Source: Octopus sinensis (Eukaryota). Taken from it: a stretch of DNA of 64,000 bases. Shown here in pieces: positions 38,312 to 50,575 of this stretch. Where the stretch lies: contig NC_043011.1 of the NCBI RefSeq assembly GCF_006345805.1, positions 47,132,464 through 47,196,463 on the forward strand, read 5' to 3'. How positions within the stretch are numbered: the first letter of the stretch is position 1; each line of letters opens with the position of its first letter. A model generated the notes under the pieces. That model was given only the letters and a program-made list of their open reading frames with translations. It was not told the origin of the DNA and did not search any database. The position numbers were made by a program, and so were the translations under genes.

Positions 38312-38541
38312 GGTGGCGAGCTGGCAGAAACGTTAGCACACCAGGTGAAAGCATAACCGTATTTTGTCTGCCATTAGGTTCTGAGTTCAAATTCCGCCAT
38401 GGTCGACTTTGCCTTTCATCCTTTCGGGTTCGATAAATTAAGTACCAGTTAAGCACTGGGGTTGATATAATTGACTTAATCCATTTGTCTGTCCTTGTTT
38501 GTCCCCTTTGTGTTTAGCCCCTTGTGAGTAGTAAAGAAATA
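38312..38541 (+). mobile_element. SINE family C, full length, 16-bp TSD
   Basis: ggtattatcataatag at 38294-38309 and 38542-38557. Confidence 0.9.
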
Positions 38542-39324
38542 GGTATTATCATAATAGTCATTGAAAACCACAAAAATAATGTGGACTTACAAGAATACCC
38601 ATAGTTTTCAGAGCAATCCTTTTTTTTTTAAGTGTCTTAACATGTCTGATTGAACATTTTGGAATAATAAAAAATGTGTCTTCATTAAAGCCACTTGGCT
38701 GGAGAATCTTCACTGCAAGTCATTGAAATTCCTTAAGAAAGACCACAAAGTGACAATGAAATGAGGCATCAAACCACTCCAAATGATGTCCCTTGACACA
38801 GAGATTGCACAATTAAGTGCTGCAACACTTCTTCATAATGTTGGTTATTCAAAAAAAAAAAAAAAAAGAAAAGCAGCAGAAAACAGATACTGCAAAAATC
38901 TCATACAATAGATGATACAAAAAGAGCCATATGACAAACAGTGTAACAAGACCTCACAACAGCTGTTATTAAATTATATAACATATACTGTGAAAATGAG
39001 TCAGACAACACATTTGGTTAAAAAAAAAAAAAAATAAAGGTGATAATTGAAGAAAGCAATGAATTTATTGAAGTTGCTGTCTGAAAGTATAGTTAATATT
39101 TTAGACCGTCATGTGTAAAGTACAAGATTGGTGGGTACTTAATTGAAAGCTGAAAGTAATGTAATAACAAACACTAATTTGACAGATTTGTTTCGGTTAA
39201 GTATTTTCATATAAAATATTTATTTTATTTGTTTGAGAAAAATTAAAAATATTGCAATCACTCTGTGTGTACATGAGTGGGTGTATATGTGTATGTAAGT
39301 AGGCGTGTGTGTGTGTGTGTGGAA

Positions 39325-39357
<33 letters not shown>

Positions 39358-39358
39358 C

Positions 39359-39438
<80 letters not shown>

Positions 39439-39675
39439 TATATATATACCTACATATATATGCATACACATATATACATATATATACACATATACATACA
39501 TATACATATATATATATATATAATATATATATATATATAATATATATATATATACAGACACACACATATACATTTATATAAGTATATGTACATACACATG
39601 TATATATATGCATGCATGTACATACGTATGTATGTATGTATGTATGTATGTAGGTAGGTAGGTAGGTAGGTAGAA

Positions 39676-40013
39676 AGGTATGTATAAATGTATGTATGTA
39701 TATATGTATGTATGTAGAACATCTGATATTTCTTGTGATTTTTAGATTTAAAACATATCTTTGTTAATTTTAAACTTCTATAAAACTCTTGAAGTTTTAT
39801 AGATTCTAATTTTTATCCAACTATAATAAAAGTTGTGGAAAAATTCTCCAAAAAACATCTTCACCTCAAATGTTCTTGTACTCATAATTAAGACTTAGTT
39901 TCGACATTCATAGGTATGTCTTTGTGTGTTTCACTTGCCTGAACGTATATCATCCATTAGTTCTGTCTAGAACTGTCTCACATTAATTGCTACCCGAACA
40001 ATAGATGAGAAAA
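39676..40013 (+). repeat. Donor arm of a ~340 bp inverted repeat
   Basis: Reverse complement of 41686-42021, with roughly 8 differences by eye. Confidence 0.9.
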
Positions 40014-40106
40014 TGTTGTGTGGGAGGCTGTCAGAATCATAAAGCTTCACCTGTTGTGTTGATTTGCAATGATCAAAGAATCAACCTTCAATCTACCTGT
40101 GTTTTG

Positions 40107-40151
<45 letters not shown>

Positions 40152-40317
40152 GGGGGTGGGGGTGGGCGCATGCATGCTTTTAATTTAATAGTGTTCTCTA
40201 TAAGTATTTTCTGGATGTTTCTATCTGGCAGTTGAACAGGTTGCACCAATCTGTAATATCTTTTTTTGTATTAACAACAGTCTCATAGGATTGAGGGATG
40301 CTATACTACTATGATTA

Positions 40318-40555
40318 CTCTCTTTTACTCTTTTATACTGGTTTCAGTCATTTGACTGCGGCCATGCTGGAGCAATGCCTTTAGTCAAGCAAATTGCCCC
40401 CCCCCCCCCCGGACTTATTCTTTGTAAGCCAGGTACTTATTCTATCGGATCTCTTTTGCTGAACTGCTAAGTTAAGGGGACGTAAACACACCAGCATCAG
40501 CTGTCAAGCGATGTTGGGGGGACAAACACAGACACACAAACATACACACACACAT
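40318..40555 (-). mobile_element. SINE family B 3' half with expanded poly-C
   Basis: ctcttttactcttttatactggtttcagtc...aaattg(c)n ggacttattc...gacaaacacagacac. Confidence 0.85.
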
Positions 40556-40790
40556 GCCAACCACTTTACAGCATGTACTGGATGGGTGTTTTGCATGCCA
40601 CAGGCACTATTGTGTTCATTATGTACCTCACAAGTCAACAAACCCAAGGTGAGAGGATGTTGTCACTGTATGTTAGATGGATGTTAAAGTATGAGGGAAG
40701 AGGTCATAGGAGAGAAGGTTCTTGTTGTAGAGGAACCAAATGGCTACTCACATTTAGGAGGGAAAATGTGAGGATGAATTAGAGGTATCT

Positions 40791-41425
40791 TTAATGCTTT
40801 AGCATTTAGATTACTCTGTCAAATGTAATGCTGATGTATTCACATTGTTTTCAATTAATCATGCCTTCTCTCATAGCTTTGAGATTTCAATGCCATACTC
40901 TTTTACTCTCTTTTACTTGTTTCAGTCATTTGACTGCGGCCATGCTGGAGCACCGCCTTTAATTGAGCAACTCGACCCCGGGACTTATTCTTTTGTAAGC
41001 CCAGTACTTATTCTATCGGTCTCTTTTGCCGAACCGCTAAGTAACGTGAACATAAACACACCAGCATCGGTTGTCAAGCGATGTTGGGGTGACAAACACA
41101 GACACACAAACACACACACGCATATATATACATATATACGACAGGCTTCTTTCAGTTTCCGTCTACCAAATCCACTCACAAGGCTTTGGTCGGCCTGAAG
41201 CTATCGTAGAAGACACTTGCTCAAGGTGCAACGCAGTGGGACTGAACCCGGAACCATGTCGTTGGTAAACAAGCTACTTACCACACAGCCACTCTTGTGC
41301 CATGATTGTTTATTTTTAGAATGACATTGTAGGGCAGGTATGAGAGGTTGGATCTGGCCAGTTTGAACATAAAACAGGTAGAATATTTTGGCTGGAAATG
41401 GCCAGTTTAAATGCTAAAGGTTTAA
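40791..41425. mobile_element. piggyBac-type MITE interrupted by a full-length family B SINE (40897-41297, minus, TSD tgccat)
   Basis: Joining 40791-40896 to 41304-41425 reconstitutes the 14090/51637 MITE; TTAA at both ends. Confidence 0.8.
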
Positions 41426-41429
41426 GGAG

Positions 41430-41685
41430 ATAGACAGGGGTGATGAGGTGTCCAGGTGGTACCTCAGATAGCTGGAGCTGTAGTAGTTGTGGGGAAATGT
41501 ATGAGTTCCTTTCAAGCGTTGGGCCTCATGGTGGCAAAATGGTCGAGCACCTTTCATGTATTGGGCCTCACGGAGGCAATGACCAAAACCTTTGGCATTA
41601 TGTCATGCTTGAGAAGAAGACCCATCAAGCTTGAGCAAAATTGCAGTCATAGTTGACACCGGTGTAAATGAAATGGTACCCATGC
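41430..41685 (+). mobile_element. RTE-like LINE ORF terminus and start of 3' UTR
   Basis: Frameshifted LGLTEAMT / NLWHYVMLEKKTHQA*, then ..aaatggtacccatgc; continues at 42029. Confidence 0.65.
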
Positions 41686-42028
41686 TTTTCTCATCTATTG
41701 TTCGGGTAGAAATTAATGTGAGACAGTTCTAGACAGAACTAATGGATGATATACGTTCAGGCAAGTGAAACACACAAAGATATACCTATGAATGTCGAAA
41801 CTAAGTCTTAATTATGAGTACAAGAACATTTGAGGTGAAGATGTTTTTGGAGAATTTTTACACAACTTTTATTATAGTTGGATAAAAATTAGAATTTATA
41901 AAACTTCAAGAGTTTTATAGAAGTTTAAAATTAACAAAGATATGTTTTAAATCTAAACTCACAAGAAATATCAGATGGTCTACATACATACATATATACA
42001 TACATACATTTATACATACCTACCTACC
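41686..42028 (-). repeat. Inverted copy of 39676-40013 inserted into the RTE 3' UTR
   Basis: See donor arm; interrupts family D between cccatgc and aaagcaccc. Confidence 0.9.
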
Positions 42029-42200
42029 AAAGCACCCATTACACTCTCAGAGTGGTTGGCATTAGGAAGGGTGTCTGGCCATAGAGAACCATGCCAAATC
42101 AGACTGGAGTCTGGCACAGCCTTCCAGTGTGCCAGCCTAGTCAAACCATCCAACTCATGCCAGCATGGACAACAAACGTTAAATGATGATGATGATGATG
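42029..42200 (+). mobile_element. Remainder of family D 3' UTR
   Basis: aaagcacccattacactctcagagtggttggcattagg...aacgttaaatgatgatgatg. Confidence 0.8.
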
Positions 42201-42716
42201 ATATGAGCGTGTGTGTATGTGTGTATGAGTGTGCACATGTGTATGTGTGTGTGTGTGTGTATGCATGCATGTGTGTGTGCGTATCTTTGTATTTACATAA
42301 TGGCTCCTTTATACTTAATTTCACAGATACAGAGAGAGAAAGAGAGTAAGAGGGAGAGAGGGAGAGCCATACACATGTGCCAATATAAACACATACATAC
42401 ATACACAAGTACTTATACTTGCCAACACAGACAAGCAAATCTACACACAACAGGCAAATACAGGTTCCACACAAAAACACAAGGAGATGAGTTTCGTACT
42501 GTTTTGAATAAGCTGTAAATAGCCATGTTGTATCCACTGTGAATCATTACCAACGACCACAACAAAAAGCCGATGAATAGTCTTTTCATATATACATAAA
42601 TTTAATTTACACAACTTTTAAAAGGGGAAACGTTTCATTGAAGAAAAATCATACAAACTGAAAGAATGAAATTCAATGAAACATAATTTCTTATTTATTT
42701 GAGGATTTTCCTAGCG

Positions 42717-43590
42717 TGTGTGATTGTGTATGTGTCGTCTGCACCTGTCAATGTAAATGTGTGAAATGGGAGCGATTTTGCTTGTGTGTTTATGTGTATG
42801 TGCGTGTGTATGTGTGTGTTTGTAGGTGTCGTCTGCATCTGTCTTAATGAAAATGTGTGAAAGTGGAGCGATTTTGCTTGTGTGTTTATGTGTTTATGTA
42901 TATGTGTGTGTGTTTGTGTGTGTGTCGTCTGCATCTATCTTAATGTAAATGTGTGAAATGGGAGCGATTTTGCTTGTGTGTTTATGTGTATGTGCGTGTG
43001 TATGTGTGTGTTTGTGGGTGTCGTCTGCATCTGTCTTAATGAAAATGTGTGAAAGTGGAGCGATTTTGCTTGTGTGTTTATGTGTTTATGTATATGTGTG
43101 TGTGTTTGTGTGTGTGTCGTCTGCATCTATCTTAATGAAAATGTGTGAAATGGGAGCGATTTTGCTTGTGTGTTTATGTGTATGTGCGTGTGTATGTGTG
43201 TGTTTGTGGGTGTCGTCTGCATCTGTCTTAATGAAAATGTGTGAAATGGGAGCGATTTTGCTTGTGTGTTTATGTGTTTATGTATATGTGTGTGTGTTTG
43301 TGTGTGTGTCGTCTGCATCTATCTTAATGAAAATGTGTGAAATGGGAGCGATTTTGCTTGTGTGTTTATGTGTATGTGTGTGTGTATGTGTGTGTTTGTG
43401 TGTGTCGTCTGCATGTGTCTTAATGTAAATGTGTGAAATGGGAGCGATTTTGCTTGTGTGTTTATGTGTATGTGCGTGTGTATGTGTGTGTTTGTGTGTG
43501 TCGTCTGCATGTGTCTTAATGTAAATGTGTGAAATGGGAGCGATTTTGCTTGTGTGTTTATGTGTATGTTTGTGTGTGTTTGTGTTTTCA
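42717..43590. repeat. 96-bp minisatellite, ~9 units, partly with A/B (192-bp) alternation
   Basis: Unit starts at 42751, 42847, 42943, 43039, 43135, 43231, 43327, 43423, 43519 (exact 96-bp period). Confidence 0.95.
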
Positions 43591-44069
43591 TATGTGAAAA
43601 TAGATTGTATGTGTGTGAAAGTTGAGTAATTGCCTCCGTGTGTGTGTCTGTGTGTTTATGTATACATACACGAAAGTAGAGTAATTGCATGTATGTGTTT
43701 ATAGGTATGTGTGTGCATGTGCATCTATGTATGTGTATATGTATGCATATTTGCAAAACTGTGTATGTGCGGGGGGGGGGGAGGGTTAGCACTACAAAGA
43801 TGCAGAAAGGAGGCAGACACTGATGCATTCCAGTTTTCAATCTGAGTTTCTTTCCTCTAAAGACCTGGTAGTTTGCGTTTCTCTGTTTAACCAATGAAAA
43901 GGTAGAATTTTAACATCATTTGCAGTTCGCCGCAAAAAGGATATTGTTTGGAGTGTGTAAAGATTTAGCACAATAAATATAATTAAAAGAAAATAATGAG
44001 AAGACAGTTTCAAAAATCGATGCATCGCTTGTGCACAGGTCTCAGTATTCCTGAAACACTTGTATAATT

Positions 44070-44612
44070 TATCTTTTATCTTTTACTTGCTTCAGTCATT
44101 AGACTGTGGCCAAGCTGGGGCACCCCCTTGAAGAATTCTTAGTCAAATAAATTGACCCCAGCACTAAAAATTTTCTTAAAACCCAGAGTTTTCTCTCCTG
44201 GTCTCTTTTGATGAACATATAAATTATAGGGACCTAAATGCACCAACATTGGTTGTCAAGTAGTGACAGGGGTCACACACACACACAAACATACACTCAC
44301 ACATACACATATATGACAAGCTTCTTTTAGTTTCCTTCCCCCAATCCATTCATAAGGGATGGTCAGCCTAAGGCTATAATAGAAGACACTTGCTCAAGGT
44401 GTCACACAGTAAGACTGCAAGTTTCTTACCAAGCAGCCACACCTGCATGCATACATTTATATATGACGGGCTTCTTTCAGTTTCCGTCTACCAATCCACT
44501 CATAAGGCTTTGGTCAGCCTACCGTCATAATAGAAGATATTTGCCCAATGTGCCATGCAGTGAGATTGAACCCAGAACCATGTGGTTGGGAAGCACACAG
44601 CCATGCCAGCAC
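44070..44612 (-). mobile_element. Old family B copy (44070-44445) plus a separate B 5' half (44461-44612)
   Basis: Two consecutive cttc(t)ttcagtttcc..acttg..caa..tg blocks; the first is much more diverged. Confidence 0.7.
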
Positions 44613-44703
44613 CTATTATATTTAAATATAATTTTCCACCAGCCTCAGTACAACACAATGTCTAATTGGATAAAATTTTGAGTTATATAAGCAGTCTGTA
44701 CAT

Positions 44704-44965
44704 GGAGGTGTGTGGCTTAGTGGTAAGGTTGTCAGCATCATGATCGTAAGATTGTGGTTTCGATTTCTGGACAGGGCGACGCGTTGTGTTCTTGAGCAAA
44801 ACACTTCATTTCACGTTGCTCCAGTCCACTCAGCTGGCAAAAATGAGTAACGCTGCGATGGACTAGCGTCCTGTCCAGCTGGGGAACACATACACCATTG
44901 AAACCGGGAAACCGAGCCCATGAGCCTGGCTAGGCTTTAAAAGGGCGCATTTATTTATTTTTTTC
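44704..44965 (+). mobile_element. SINE family A, head H1 + tail T3, 14-bp TSD
   Basis: aagcagtctgtaca at 44689-44702 and 44966-44979; (ttta)n tail. Confidence 0.9.
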
Positions 44966-45989
44966 AAGCAGTCTGTACAGCTTTTTTTTTTTTTTTTTTA
45001 CATAGAATTAAATGTTAATTAGTTGAATATCTCACAAACAGTGAATATAAGTTTTAAAAAACAGAATCAGAATGAGACTCTGAGACAAGTCTGGCTTCTC
45101 AAATCACAGATACAGCCTATCTGATACTTACTGAGTTCCATACTGACGGAAAAAAAGCAAAAAAAAAAATATTTGGACTATTATACCTCAATGTTTCCAT
45201 TCTTCAGTTCTCCATTTGGTTCACATAAAGGTAAAAACATTGGAGACTCTAGATGTAATTAAGGTTCATTAGATATTCAAATAAAGTTGTAGTATTAATT
45301 ATTGTTGCTCAGTCCTGAACATAATAAGGAAGTCTAACTGATAAATTATGAGTTTGGCTTTTTATACCAATGGCCATAGTAATTCATATTTTTATGGGTT
45401 TTCTTGCAAATATTCCTTTTGTAATTGTAGAAATGTTATTTTAATATTTATTTTCCATTTCATTTTTCTGTTACCCTGTCATATATCATCATTAAAATTT
45501 CAATCACTCATTTCTATTTCATTGAAGTATTTCGGTAGCAATTTGTCATCCAATGATGTGAGCTATTTAGTCATTTGTAGGTAGCTAAATGAAATGTTAA
45601 TCAGCTATTTGTAGCTAATTCAAGTGTTAATTAGTCATTTATAATCAACTGAAGTGTTAATTAATCATCTGTAGCAAACAAAAATCCATAGAAATTTTCT
45701 CATTTTATTAACAAAAACAACAACAAGCCAATGGAGGCAGCCTCTAAGTAATTATTTAAGCTGTTAGACAGAACAACCAAACCTCTCACAAACTATGCCT
45801 TAACTTTATAGTATGCTGAGAGAGAGAGAGAGAGACAGACAGACAGAGACAGATAGAAAAGGGGAAGAGGAGAGAGAGTGAAATACGGGGGGGTAAAAAG
45901 GGAGGAGGAGATGAGGATATCATGATGTCTTGCTAAATAGTGAAACCTTGTTTTATAAATTTCATTTGTTCCTGAGGGTCATTCAACAC

Positions 45990-46375
45990 CTGTGGTAAGT
46001 AGCTTGCTTACCAACCACATGTTTTCAGGTTCAGTCCCACTGTGTGGCACCTTGAGTAAGTGTCTTCTACTATAGCCTCGGGCCGACCAAAGCTTGTGAG
46101 TGGATTGGTTGACGGAAACTGAAAGAAGCCTGTCGTATATATGTGTGTATATATATGTGTGTGTGTTTGTGTGTCTGTGTTTGTCCCTTCAACAGCACTT
46201 GACAACTGATGCTGGTGTGTTTACGTCCCTGTAATTTAGCAGTTCAGCAAAAGTGACCGATAGAATAAGTACTAGGCTTACAAAGAGTAAGTTCTGGGGT
46301 CGATTTGCTCGACTAAAGGCAGTGCTCCAGCATGGCCGCAGTCAAATGACTGAAATAAGTAAAAGAGTAAAAGAG
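45990..46375 (+). mobile_element. SINE family B, near full length
   Basis: tgtggtaagtagcttgc ... aaaagagtaaaagag. Confidence 0.9.
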
Positions 46376-46381
46376 ACCTGC

Positions 46382-46785
46382 CTTTTACTCTTTTACTCTT
46401 TTATTTGTTTCAGTCATTTGACTGCGGCCATGCTGGAGCACCGCCTTTTAGTCGAACCAATCGACCCTGGGACTTATTCTTTGTAAGCCCAGTACTTATT
46501 CTATCGGTCTCTTTTGCCCACCGCTAAGTGATGGGGACGTAAACGCACCAACATCGGTTGTCAAGCAATGCTAGGGGGACAAACACACACACACATATAT
46601 ATATATATATACATATATACGACAGGCTTCTTTCAGTTTCCATCTACCAAATCCACTCACAAGGCATTGGTTGGCCCAGGGCTATAGCAGAAGACACTTG
46701 CCCAAGATGCCATGCAGTGGGACTGGATCCGGAACCATGTGGTTGGTTAGCAAGCTACTTACCACACAGCCACTCCTGTGCCTAT
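46382..46785 (-). mobile_element. SINE family B, full length, tail-to-tail with the previous copy
   Basis: cttttactcttttactc ... cagccactcctgtgcctat; spacer acctgc (46376-46381). Confidence 0.9.
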
Positions 46786-47169
46786 GTAGTGAATGCTTTC
46801 CTGCTACCAAAATTAGTCTGTCAGCAAAATTAGTTTTGGACATCATAAATGTATGATATTACCTTACTAGGTTTGGCTGGTTTAAATTTTAAAAGGTTAA
46901 AAGCTTTCTAAATACTAGCATTGATTTGTTAATATCAAATGGGGGGGGGGGGGGAACTAAAACCAACATCTATTACTATTTTTATAAATTTTTTCACAAC
47001 AATGAGATTGTGATATTTGCATATTTTGTTGAGTGGTTTGCGTTACGTATCGCAGTGTCTTCAAATGTCATTTTTAGGCTTACACAGACAAAAAAGTGAG
47101 GAAAATAATGTGAAAATAGACTTTGGGAGAGGAATTAATACTTCACTGTAGATATGTCATAGGGTAACA

Positions 47170-47205
47170 TGGTATAACAAATAGTACTACTACTAATAAT
47201 AATAA

Positions 47206-47237
<32 letters not shown>

Positions 47238-47290
47238 ACGATATTCATCATCATCATCATCATCACCATCATCATCATCACCTTCACCAT

Positions 47291-47350
<60 letters not shown>
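47170..47350. repeat. (TAA)/(TGA)/(CAT)/(CAG) trinucleotide compound repeat
   Basis: Direct reading. Confidence 0.9.
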
Positions 47351-47352
<2 letters not shown>

Positions 47353-47871
47353 GATATTAGAATTGAGACTCTCATTGCCAACCTGCAGTCAATAACCATT
47401 TTATATTCTGCAAGAATCCTGAAAAAGATTCTTGAGATTTGAGGAGACTTGTCACTAAACCTCAAGATAACATTCCTGCTAATTGAATTAGCATATGCTA
47501 GGCTGCTGCTGATGATGATGATGATAATAATGATGATGATGATGATAATGATGATGATGATGCTGACGATTATGATGATGAGATAATGATAATCAATAAC
47601 AGAAGTCTATCAAGTCTATATATATATATATATATATTTATACAGACTGATAGATAGATAGAATGAAAGAATGACAGAATAGACAGACAGCCAGGCAGGC
47701 AGCTTGATAGATATAATACACAGATAGACAATCAGACAGAAATATAGACAGATTAATAGATATACAGACAGATTAATAGATATACAGACAGATTGACAGG
47801 CAGGTAAATAGCAGACAGATATAGATAGTTAGATAAGCAGACACAGGGATAGAGAGACAGGCAACAATATA

Positions 47872-49103
47872 CATAAGTTGGACAACATAGTGGAAATACC
47901 TAGCATCATAGCATCATAATATTGTAATATCTGTAAAACCGTCAAAAGCTTGTTTATTTTTGTGCTTTTTGATTTATTATTAGTTTTGCTGTTTATTTTC
48001 AGTTATCATCAGAAAAAGGTAATTAAAATTCATTAAAATGACAGATCTATTGGACTTTCAAGGAGGCCAAATTGTTAGTACTCATATGGCAGGTGCTAGC
48101 GTAATGAAAACAGCTGAAATGGTTGAGTATCAAGAAGTACTGTCTTGAGAGTAATGATAGCCTTTGAGAAAAAGGGAAAAACTTTCTCATTGAAACAAAA
48201 CTCTGGAAGAAAACCAAAACTTTTAGATAGGGACTGTTGGACTCTTACACGAATTGTTAGAAAGGATCACGAAAGAATAGCTCCCAGAATTACTGCCGAG
48301 CTTAATGACCCTCTCAGGAACTGTTCACTGGGAGCTGCACAAAGCCGGATTTCACAGGAGGGCTGCAATCAGAAAACCACTACTTTCAAAAACGAACGTT
48401 GCAATGAGTTTAGAGTGGAATAAAATCCTCCAGAATTGGTCCATAGAGCAGTGGAAGAATGTTATTTTCTCAGATGAATCATCATTTACCTCATTTCCGA
48501 CCACCGACCGAGTATACGTGTGGAGACAACCAAAAGGAGCATTTGATCCAGACTGCCTTCTTCCAACTGTTAAACATGGAGGAGGGTCTGTGATGCTCTG
48601 GAGTGATATATCTTGGAAATCCGCCAGCTCAATGGCTTCCCTTCATGGCAGAATTAATTGTCAAGACTATTTAAGCATTTTATCTTAACAAATTCATCCT
48701 GTGGTTGCGAACTGTTTCCAGAGGCAAACACGATCTTTCAGGATGATTATGCTCCAATTCACACAGCTAAATTTGTTACTGAATGGCGTGAGGAATATTC
48801 TAGTAAAATTGAACATCTTATTTGGCCACCACAGTCTCCAAATCTCAATATTATTGAACATTTATGGTACATTTTAGAAAAACAAGTAAGGAGTCAATAT
48901 CCTCCACCATCATTACTACAAGAACTGGAGACTGCTTTAGCTGAAGAATGGACAAAAATTCCTATGGAAACAATTCAAACTTTGTATGAGTCCTTACCTC
49001 GTAGAATTCCAGCTGTAATTACTGCCAAATATGGTCCTACCCCATATTAACATAAATTTATTTGAAATTTTAAGGTGCTTCCGATATTCTGGTCCAACCC
49101 CTG
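47872..49103 (+). mobile_element. Tc1/mariner-superfamily transposon, full length (~1.23 kb), DD36E spacing
   Basis: TA flanks; right TIR (reverse complement) caggggttggaccagaatatcggaagcacct vs diverged left cataagttggacaacatagtggaaatacct; encloses transposase pseudogene. Confidence 0.9.
48038..49050 (+). pseudogene. Tc1-like transposase pseudogene
   Basis: MTDLLDFQGGQIV.., GRKPKL, VIFSDESSF, KHGGGSVMLW, FQDDYAPIH, WPPQSPNLNIIEHLW, GPTPY*; about 3 frameshifts and one stop (48686-48688). Confidence 0.9.
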
Positions 49104-49107
49104 TATG

Positions 49108-49139
<32 letters not shown>

Positions 49140-49168
49140 AATATATATATATACACACACACACACAC

Positions 49169-49207
<39 letters not shown>

Positions 49208-49538
49208 ATAGATGGATGGATAGATAGACAGAAAGACAGACAGATAGACAGACAGACATACAGACATGTATGAAGTTAAATCAAGTAACAGTATTAAGTG
49301 TGATAACAATGATTATTACTTTAATAGTTTGGAAAACTTAGGACATGAATATATAACCATGAAGACTCGTAAACACCAACTTGATTCCATTGTCGTTATA
49401 GCGACACATTATACAATGCTGTACAGAATACAACACACACAACACACAATGAAATATATCTCACCATACACTGGAATATTACACAACGTGCATACACACA
49501 CCATTATACCACTTATGTATATAAGACACATATAAAAA

Positions 49539-49684
49539 CAAGGCAGCTAGATACAAATAGATCTATGATCTGTAGCTCCCAGACAAATATTACCAATAAC
49601 TAACAGATATATGTATCTGTTAATTATTGATAAACTCTGTCTGGAAGCTACAAGTAATAGATCTATTTATATTTGGCTACCTTG
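49539..49684. repeat. 146-bp imperfect palindrome (71-bp arms, 4-nt loop)
   Basis: Ungapped arm alignment, 13 mismatches in 71, 10 of them transitions. Confidence 0.9.
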
Positions 49685-50449
49685 GAACATGTGTCTTGAA
49701 TGAAGAGTGTTACAATGTATTGTGTTCTATTCTTCAATCTCTGTTATAAGCTTATATTGAAACACACACACACACACACACATATACATATATATTTATC
49801 TATATATGCATATCCATCTATATATCTATACACACACACCAACACACACATATATATATAAATATACATATATTTATCTCTCTATATATATACATATATA
49901 TATACACATATATGAATATATCTATATCTATATATATATATAGATATAGATATATATATACATATATATATAAATATTTGCATGTATATGCATATGTATA
50001 TGTGTGTGTGTTTATATATATATATATATATATATGCATATATATATATATATGTGTATATACATAAACACACACACATACATATGCATATATGATTGTA
50101 GATATATACACTCGCTGTCTCTCGTACATACACAACACGTGCGCATGCACACACACAAGCGTACAATTGCAGCTACACATACGTAGCTACAGCAGGAGTA
50201 GAATTGAAGAAAGTTACACCGAATCAAGTAAATACAAACTAGTATCAAATGGAAACCGAATGCAAATATAATGCTTGTAAATGTTAAGTGAAATAGTTAT
50301 AGTATCAAGTTTGAAAGTTGATATCATCTGTACATTAGTATGATGTAGGTTGATCTAATATTATTGAGTTACCATTCAACTATTTGAATCTATTGAATGT
50401 ACCTCAGCTTCCCTTTCTTGCTATATAATGTATCTCAACAATTTCTCAC

Positions 50450-50480
<31 letters not shown>

Positions 50481-50501
50481 ATATATATATATATATATAT
50501 A

Positions 50502-50575
<74 letters not shown>

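Noticed and set aside
41071-41268. Recurring ORF type MSS..GTNT...YDRLLSVSVYQIHSQGFGRPEAIVEDTCPRC (also 5485, 46008, 46558, 60883)
   Set aside because: It is the antisense reading of SINE family B, not a gene family.
43771-46955. Poly-G runs (43771-43782, ~46940-46955) as G-quadruplex elements
   Set aside because: Single homopolymers, error-prone in sequencing, with no supporting context.
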